Made by a program: the position numbers and the translations under genes. Shown here piece after piece: positions 57,465-64,000 of a stretch of 64,000 nt of DNA (position 1 is its first letter; each line of letters starts with the position of its first letter). The stretch is from Capsulimonadaceae bacterium (GTDB taxonomy: Bacteria > Armatimonadota > Armatimonadia > Armatimonadales > Capsulimonadaceae), in assembly GCA_965215505.1 (NCBI GenBank), contig OZ244065.1, positions 2,144,001 through 2,208,000 of the forward strand, written 5' to 3'. The notes beneath the pieces are model-generated. The model made no database searches. It worked only from the letters and a program-made list of their open reading frames with translations, and was not told the DNA's origin.

Positions 57465-59494
57465 ACACTTCTAATACCCCTGAGACTTGGACCGAGGTCA
57501 AGCTTCGGGAGGTGGCGCGAGTTGTTTACGGGAAGGCGCTCCACACATCAAGACGTGAGCCCGGAGGCGATATCCCTGTTTATGGTTCCAGCGGCGAAGT
57601 CGGACATCATGATAAAAGCCTACACCCTGGGCCAAGTATTGTCATAGGCCGTAAGGGTACAGTCGGTTCTGTCTATTATATTGCCGCGCCATTTTGGTGT
57701 ATAGATACTGCTTTCTATCTGGACGGTATTCGGCAAGATGTTGATATTGAATACCTTGCCTACGCCTTGCGAAAACAGAATTTAGTTCGCCTTTCGCTTT
57801 TTGCGGCTGTTCCCGGTCTTGGCAGAGCAGACTTAGAATCTGTTATAATCCCCCTTCCCCCACTCCCCGAGCAGCGCCGCATCGTCGCCATCCTGCGCCA
57901 AGCCGAAGAGATACGTAGGAAACGACGGGAGGCAGAAGATATTGCCGCGAAATTTCTGCCATCTATGTTCCATGGGATGTTCGGCAGTCCCATTCAGAAT
58001 GAAATGGAATGGCCCACCAAACCCCTGGATGGTATGGGAACTGTCATGACAGGGAATACGCCGCCACGGCAGCAAGAAGAATATTATGGTGATGACGTAG
58101 AGTGGATCAAGTCCGATAATCTGGACACCCGAATTGACTACGTCACTCAAAGCAAAGAGGGTCTGTCACTTTTGGGGGCCGAGCGAGCCAGAATTGCAGA
58201 AGCAGGCTCGACACTCATCACGTGCATAGCTGGCAGTCCTGACTCAATCGGAAAAGCGGCGCTGACAGACAGGGATGTTGCATTCAATCAACAAATCAAC
58301 GCGATTACGCCAAACTTTGATGTGCCCTCTGTTTATTTGTACGGTGCAATCAAAGCGTTGAAGCCGGCCATTCAAGCACTTTCCAGCGGCGGCATGAAAG
58401 GAATCGTCAATAAATCTAGTTTGGAGCAACTCCTTACCATTGACCCACCCCCACGTCTAAGGAAAGAATTCACGCGGCGCGCCGAAGCAGCGATTTTGTT
58501 AAAAGCAAGTGTCGTAGAAGCGGCTGATAAAGCCGACATGTTAGTCATATCACTTATGGCCAAGGCATTTACCGGCGAGTTGACGGCGGCGTGGCGAGAG
58601 ATGCACCGGGAGGAACTAGCCGAGACCCCGGAAACGGTGATGGTGCCGGAAGCGCTAGAAACGCGGCTGGCGCAGGGGATTGCCACGTCCGCCGACCTGG
58701 AGGAAGCACAACGACGTATCGAGAACAGCATCCGGGAAGTTCTCGGACCTCTCGGAGTGATGTTGATCAACGCGCCGAATGACATCGGAGGGCTGGATAC
58801 TGCGCCGATGGTCCGGTTCGCCCAATTCATTCAACTCGTCAAGCCCTACGAGAACGCACTTATTGAGGCGGGGATTATCCGAATACTGTCCGAAACCACC
58901 GCCGCTGTCCTGCCGCCCGAGTTGCGAGATTTCACGCTCAACCCCGCCGATAATCTCTTCCTCGGCCTCATGTGGGATCAGTTAAATGAGATCTTCGCGA
59001 ACGGTGATCTGGCGCTGACAGACGCCATCCTGGCGCTGCAAGAGGTGAGCGATGAACTGAAGACGATTGAGTTCACCCGTCACGTCCGTGTTCTGGACCC
59101 CGACGATCCTCGCTTTCACCTGCTGCGCGAACTCAGCGAAGCGCAGAAGACCGTGTATTGGGAAGTCAGAAACGCTCCAGGCTATGTCACACCCGCGATG
59201 CTGCATGAGACCAAGGATATCAACCTGGCTGTCGCCCGGCGCGGACTGCTACTGCTTGCCCGCACCGGCCTCATCCAGGCTATCTCGCTGCCAAATTCCG
59301 ATGGCGCCTCCCAGTCCATGCCGAGCTTCGTGGACGCTTACCGGAAACTTCGCCCGGAGGACGACGATGGCAAGGCGGATTTTGATCCCGCCGTCACAAC
59401 CGCACCTTCCCAGCCCGGCAAGAGTTTAGCCGAGACGAAGGCCGATGTCCTGGGCTTCAATCGAACCTCCAATGATACGCCGCATCTCACCTAA
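57461..59494 (+). CDS. hsdS: Type I specificity subunit with ~300-aa C-terminal extension
   Basis: W..VKL.EV, TRD1 (IGRKGTVG), PLPPLPEQRRIV, TRD2 (FNQQINAI), KAFTGEL, then extra domains. ATGA overlap with hsdM. Confidence 0.9.
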   Translation: MNTSNTPETWTEVKLREVARVVYGKALHTSRREPGGDIPVYGSSGEVGHHDKSLHPGPSIVIGRKGTVGSVYYIAAPFWCIDTAFYLDGIRQDVDIEYLAYALRKQNLVRLSLFAAVPGLGRADLESVIIPLPPLPEQRRIVAILRQAEEIRRKRREAEDIAAKFLPSMFHGMFGSPIQNEMEWPTKPLDGMGTVMTGNTPPRQQEEYYGDDVEWIKSDNLDTRIDYVTQSKEGLSLLGAERARIAEAGSTLITCIAGSPDSIGKAALTDRDVAFNQQINAITPNFDVPSVYLYGAIKALKPAIQALSSGGMKGIVNKSSLEQLLTIDPPPRLRKEFTRRAEAAILLKASVVEAADKADMLVISLMAKAFTGELTAAWREMHREELAETPETVMVPEALETRLAQGIATSADLEEAQRRIENSIREVLGPLGVMLINAPNDIGGLDTAPMVRFAQFIQLVKPYENALIEAGIIRILSETTAAVLPPELRDFTLNPADNLFLGLMWDQLNEIFANGDLALTDAILALQEVSDELKTIEFTRHVRVLDPDDPRFHLLRELSEAQKTVYWEVRNAPGYVTPAMLHETKDINLAVARRGLLLLARTGLIQAISLPNSDGASQSMPSFVDAYRKLRPEDDDGKADFDPAVTTAPSQPGKSLAETKADVLGFNRTSNDTPHLT

Positions 59495-59498
59495 ACCC

Positions 59499-61415
59499 AT
59501 GAAAATTCGCTACCTGCGCGTCCAAAACCTGCCGCCGCTCGACGACATCACCCTCCACTTTGGTCATGAGCCCATGCTCGGGCGGCCCGTCGCCATCCAT
59601 TTCGTCGTCGGCGTCAACGGCAGCGGCAAAAGCCGCGTGCTCCAGGCCCTCGCCGAGATCGTCCTATCGACCGAATCCCTCCGCTGGCCTGATTTCCCCT
59701 TCAGCCTCGTCTACGATCTCGGTAGCGCCCCCGTGCAGACGATTATCTTCCATAAGCCCGGACACGACAACGCCGAGGCCGCCGTCTTCGTCTTGCCCCG
59801 GATGGCCGACCCTGTCGAAGGATGGACTGCCTGGCTCGCCCGCGACTGGCGCATCGCGACCCAGCACCCGCTCGGCGTCAGCCCCAGCATCCTCGGCAAA
59901 CTCGACGGCACCACCCTCATCGGCTCTGTACTTCCCAGCGCCGTCCTCACCGCTACCTCCGGCCACACCGAACCATGGGATGAGATGCTGGCCCGCCATG
60001 GGGCTTACTCTATGGAGACAGACACCGCCTTCCCAGCCAGCCCCACCCCCGACGACGAACGCCCCGCCGGCTGGACCGCCCGCCAGGAACGGGAACGCTA
60101 TCTCACCAACCCAGCCGACGCCATGCCACTGCCCGACGCCATACCGCCGGACCGAACGGTTTCTAGCCGCGTCACGTTCGTCCCGCCCCGACGCCTCAAA
60201 TTCGCCCTCGCCGCCGTCGCCCTCACCCACTCCGCCCAAGAATTTGCCTACAACACCAGCCTTGAGACGGAGGAGAAATTCATCAGAAGAATCCAAGATT
60301 GGCAGGCGCGCGGCGAGCGCATGAGCGGTCTGCGCGGCATTCTTAACGAAGTCGATTGGCTCTGGCCGCTTGTCCTCAGCCTCGATCTGCAATGGGACCC
60401 AGACAACATCGAACCCAGTCGCCTCCGCCAAATCCAGACCCTGGCCCAACTCGCCAGCGGCATCCGTCGCGAACCGGGAAACGGCCCAGGCCGCACACTC
60501 ACCTTTGACCTGCGCCGCCCTTTGGCCGACCGAGACTATGAACGAACCCTCACCGACGCCCTTCTGGAAGCCATGGGTGGCGGCATCACAGGAAGCGCGT
60601 TCGGGGCATTCACCACCCTTTGCACCTGGCAGGATGAGGGCTTGCTCCTGGACCTATCCCTTTCACTCCGAAAACACAACCTCGAAGACGTCCTACTCTT
60701 CGACTGGCTCAGCGACGGCGAACGCCTCTTCCTGGGCCGCATGGCCCTCTTCTACCTGCTCCGCGACCAGACCGGCCACAGCCGCCCCGACGCCCTGATC
60801 TTACTGGACGAACCCGAAACCCATTTTAACGACGTCTGGAAACGCGAGATCGTCGACATCATCGACGAAAGCCTCGGCGACGCCGCCAGCGACGCCATCA
60901 TCACCACCCACTCCAGCATCTGCCTCACCGACGTTTTCGACGACGAGATCGCTCTGCTCAAAAAGGAAAACGGTGTCATCAGTCAGAACACTGACCGACG
61001 CCGCAGCTTCGGGGCGTCCCCCACCGACATCATGCAGGACATATTTGGTGCTACCGACACCGTTGGCCTGCGCGCCGCCAAGTTCCTCGACCTCGTCCTC
61101 GTTGTTGCCGCCGAACCTCAGATTGCCATGGACGCCTGGCGTCTGCACCAGACACAGCCCACGGAGACCAACGCCGCCTGGATTGCACTGCGCGAGAAGG
61201 TCCGGGCCCTCCCCCATGACTACGGCTCCGTCGCTGAACTCGACGCGCGCCTCCTGAACGTCCTATCGGTCATGGACAGCTATTCACCCGATGATCCTGA
61301 TCTTACCACCCAGGGACTCGTAGACATGGTCGCCCTGGTCGAAGAGCGCCTCGGGTCCGGGTATTACCAATTCGAATTCCGCCGACGCCTCCGGGCACTC
61401 CGACAACTCCTCTGA
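59499..61415 (+). CDS. ABC-type (AAA_21-like) ATPase, PtuA-like
   Basis: Walker A GVNGSGKS, signature LSDGE, Walker B LILLDEPETHFN, H-loop ITTHS. No TM segments seen. Confidence 0.88.
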   Translation: MKIRYLRVQNLPPLDDITLHFGHEPMLGRPVAIHFVVGVNGSGKSRVLQALAEIVLSTESLRWPDFPFSLVYDLGSAPVQTIIFHKPGHDNAEAAVFVLPRMADPVEGWTAWLARDWRIATQHPLGVSPSILGKLDGTTLIGSVLPSAVLTATSGHTEPWDEMLARHGAYSMETDTAFPASPTPDDERPAGWTARQERERYLTNPADAMPLPDAIPPDRTVSSRVTFVPPRRLKFALAAVALTHSAQEFAYNTSLETEEKFIRRIQDWQARGERMSGLRGILNEVDWLWPLVLSLDLQWDPDNIEPSRLRQIQTLAQLASGIRREPGNGPGRTLTFDLRRPLADRDYERTLTDALLEAMGGGITGSAFGAFTTLCTWQDEGLLLDLSLSLRKHNLEDVLLFDWLSDGERLFLGRMALFYLLRDQTGHSRPDALILLDEPETHFNDVWKREIVDIIDESLGDAASDAIITTHSSICLTDVFDDEIALLKKENGVISQNTDRRRSFGASPTDIMQDIFGATDTVGLRAAKFLDLVLVVAAEPQIAMDAWRLHQTQPTETNAAWIALREKVRALPHDYGSVAELDARLLNVLSVMDSYSPDDPDLTTQGLVDMVALVEERLGSGYYQFEFRRRLRALRQLL

Positions 61416-61424
61416 GTAACCGAC

Positions 61425-62615
61425 ATGCTTCACAAAATCAATCGGCCCCAATCCTGGCAGCAGATGGAGAATCTTCTCCAATTCCAGCAGAACGTCCTGA
61501 GTCTCTTGTGTGACTCCGCGACTCCGGTACCCCTTGATGATATCGAGGCTCCTCAGCCCACTCTGCTGGCCGCCTTTCACACTCACCTTGGTACGGCTCC
61601 CGGCGACTGGTTTTGGGGCAAGCGGGGCCGCCAGATCAAGAGCGGCGGGACTCTCCTGAAGGCCCTCAAGGATGTCGTGACCCATGTCTATGCCCACCCT
61701 GCCGAAGGTCCCAAAATCTTAGCGGCATTCCATCACGACACTACGTTCCACAAGGACAACACCAACCAGACGACCTTCGCATTCGAGTATCACACACAAC
61801 TGACCGACGACGCCCGCAAAGTCCTTAAACCACTCTTCCAGGCATTCTACACGGACCTGCTCGCCGGCGGCTTCCCGGCTTCCATCCATGGCGGTCCGCC
61901 TGGCAATTTCGACCGTGACAGCTTCATCTCTGCCTTTTGGGAGGCAAATAAAGAGATGAGCGTCTGCCCCGCCTGTGATGGTCCCCGCTCAGACACGGAG
62001 GGGGACAAGCACTTCGACGATGCCGACCATTATCTGCCCAAATCCGAATACCCATTCTTTTCTCTGCATCCGGCGAACCTGGTTCCCCTGTGTCTCCAGT
62101 GCAACCGCACCTTCAAAGGTGATCGTGACCCTGCCGATACACGTTCACTCACGCCCCAGGAACGGGACCCTTTGTATCAGCAGACACACGGCCCCCTTAC
62201 AGGCGCTTTCTTTCCTTATGCGAAGCTGCCCGCCGTCAGCCAGCTTACGCTCCATGTCACCCGCTCTCCGACCGGGGAGCGGCAGATGTGTTTCGAGGAT
62301 CACAGCGGGATGCCGTCCCGACGCGCCGCCAGTTACACCCGTGTGTTCCACATCCCTGGCCGATGGAAAGGGCGCTTAGATGACCAGATCAAAAGTCTTC
62401 GCAACGAACTTGCCCAAACCGGCCGAAGCCATGTCCGCCTCATGCGTCGACTGAGTGATACGGAGCTAAAGCAGGAAATCTTTTATATGCTCGATGACCG
62501 AATAAAATTGATCAGCCAGGAAGAGAATCTTGTTGTGCAGACAAGCTATCTGCGTTATGCCCTGAGCGACAGCGACGAGTTCCAGGAACTCTACAGCCAA
62601 TATCTGGGCCAATAA
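61425..62615 (+). CDS. HNH endonuclease, PtuB-like
   Basis: CPAC...DHYLPKSEYPFFSLHPANLVPLCLQCN..K. Confidence 0.88.
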   Translation: MLHKINRPQSWQQMENLLQFQQNVLSLLCDSATPVPLDDIEAPQPTLLAAFHTHLGTAPGDWFWGKRGRQIKSGGTLLKALKDVVTHVYAHPAEGPKILAAFHHDTTFHKDNTNQTTFAFEYHTQLTDDARKVLKPLFQAFYTDLLAGGFPASIHGGPPGNFDRDSFISAFWEANKEMSVCPACDGPRSDTEGDKHFDDADHYLPKSEYPFFSLHPANLVPLCLQCNRTFKGDRDPADTRSLTPQERDPLYQQTHGPLTGAFFPYAKLPAVSQLTLHVTRSPTGERQMCFEDHSGMPSRRAASYTRVFHIPGRWKGRLDDQIKSLRNELAQTGRSHVRLMRRLSDTELKQEIFYMLDDRIKLISQEENLVVQTSYLRYALSDSDEFQELYSQYLGQ

Positions 62616-62619
62616 TAAG

Positions 62620-62647
62620 CGGCTGTGCATCCACTGCACAGCCGTTT
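62620..62647. terminator. Hairpin between convergent genes
   Basis: CGGCTGTGCA-TCCAC-TGCACAGCCG followed by TTT. Confidence 0.65.
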
Positions 62648-62743
62648 AAAGCAGAACCCCCCCGCCAATATGCCCCTACGATTTCGATGACCGATGGGTA
62701 GCCCGGCAAGTGCTCCGCCCAGCGAGAACAGCAACGCGGCGGC

Positions 62744-64000
62744 TCAATCTTGGACGTGGGCGGGATTGTCCGGGAACACTGGCGTCCCGGTCTGAGTGGC
62801 GTCGGACGCCGCATCCCCATCGGAGAGCGGCGCGTAGAGCTGCGGCATCAGGCGCAGGTTGGAGGCCGGCTTCGGACTGTTGCGGGCGAACAGCGGTGTG
62901 CCGCCTGACGCCGGTGGCTGCGGCCAGTCCCGCATCAGTCCGTCGATATCCCCTAAGACCTTTTTGACCTGTCCGACCCACTGATCGGTCTTCACATCCC
63001 AGTGGAGATCACCCGAAGAGCGATAGCCATAGGGAAAACCTTTCCGCTGCTGTTCTCCCAGCAGCCGTCCGGCATCGAACTTTGCCTGCTCCGCCGGTGG
63101 CTTCACAACGAGCCGATCCTGCATCTCGCGCAGTTCGGCCTCCAGTTGCCCCATGACTACGCGGAAGCGAGTCCACTGATGCTCGTCGAGATCGAAATCG
63201 GAAAGAAGCCCTTCTCCCGCCATCTTTCCTTTCTCCGCAATCCCCCGGAGCGTCTCCGACGGCATGTCCAGATTTAGGCCGCCCTCCGTTTTCTTCAAGC
63301 GCACCTGGATGATCCGCTCCCGATAACTCGGGAGTTGCGATTGCTGATTATCCCGGTAATTCTGCATCACCGACACGATCGCCCCCAGGAACGAAACCAG
63401 AGTTGGCAATGCATTCACGATCTTCGGTGTGTTTTCACTCGCCCGGGGCAGATAAACTGCGGCCGCCGGGTCACCCACCTGGCGTTTCTTGTTCCGCCCT
63501 TCGGACTCGCCGGGGGTCGGGGGGGCCGAAAACATCGCAGCCTGCATCATCTCTCCCTGGACGGAAGTCTGCGGCACATCTTGGCCGTTTTTGACGAACG
63601 CCTCCGGGGGATAAGCCGTGAGGTTAATGCCGAATGTCGGGCGAGTTGGTAGCCAACTGTCGAAGAAATGGATAGGGAAGTTGCTTGACAGGCCCCCGTC
63701 GCTGAACCAGTTCTCATTCAAGTCATCCTTTGTCAGCGCCTCAGCATGTTTCCTGTTGATCTTGGTGAATGCGGTCGCTCCCAGTGTCCAGAGCGGCACA
63801 GCACTGAGCAGAATCGGAAAGCTCAGGCTCATCCTCATTGCGACTACGATAGGCAGATCATTTGCGTCCGGCAGGAAAAAGAATCCGGGCGGCGGCTGCA
63901 GGCCACGACCTGAGCGGTGCCTTTTCCCCACCAGATGATCGACGACATCGCGAGGGAAATACTCCCGCATCTTGGATTCCTCGAACAAGAAGCGATTATT
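62744..64000 (-). CDS. Patatin-like phospholipase domain protein (5' part outside the window)
   Basis: A.RMSLSFPIL..AVP and FSDGGLSSNFPIHFFD (patatin DGG motif). Confidence 0.8.
   Translation of the reverse strand, partial: NNRFLFEESKMREYFPRDVVDHLVGKRHRSGRGLQPPPGFFFLPDANDLPIVVAMRMSLSFPILLSAVPLWTLGATAFTKINRKHAEALTKDDLNENWFSDGGLSSNFPIHFFDSWLPTRPTFGINLTAYPPEAFVKNGQDVPQTSVQGEMMQAAMFSAPPTPGESEGRNKKRQVGDPAAAVYLPRASENTPKIVNALPTLVSFLGAIVSVMQNYRDNQQSQLPSYRERIIQVRLKKTEGGLNLDMPSETLRGIAEKGKMAGEGLLSDFDLDEHQWTRFRVVMGQLEAELREMQDRLVVKPPAEQAKFDAGRLLGEQQRKGFPYGYRSSGDLHWDVKTDQWVGQVKKVLGDIDGLMRDWPQPPASGGTPLFARNSPKPASNLRLMPQLYAPLSDGDAASDATQTGTPVFPDNPAHVQD

Noticed and set aside
59499-62615. Retron type I-A or PrrC system
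   Set aside because: No reverse transcriptase or msr-msd region, and no HEPN RxxxxH domain recognised on the ATPase.

Overview
High-GC bacterial DNA, most likely Armatimonadota-like (inferred from the DUF1559/H-X9-DG prepilin and DUF6785 genes). After a GH76-like gene end, a REP-like doublet and two aldo/keto reductases, a tRNA-Val(GAC) is followed by a composite accessory region. (1) 3.0-9.0 kb: a satellite/PICI-like module with tyrosine integrase, sigma-70 region 4 protein, HTH and DUF3854 primase-helicase. (2) 9.1-23.8 kb: a mobile block with a split UvrD/PD-(D/E)XK helicase-nuclease, a large serine recombinase with unusual insertions preceded by an apparently intact attP-like site, small acidic proteins, a 20-bp tandem array, an orphan ParB and a TM0106-type nuclease. 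(3) 23.9-50.7 kb: carbohydrate genes (GH55, GH31-PA14, GH35, GH53) with IS remnants, and a LacI-controlled, prepilin-led operon carrying three GH172 paralogues plus GH116, a candidate D-arabinan utilisation locus. (4) 51.6-62.6 kb: a second tyrosine recombinase with a dif-like site, then a five-gene defence operon (type I R-M with an extended HsdS, ABC-type ATPase, HNH nuclease). A patatin-like gene is cut by the window end. All family calls come from motifs read by eye; no database search was run.
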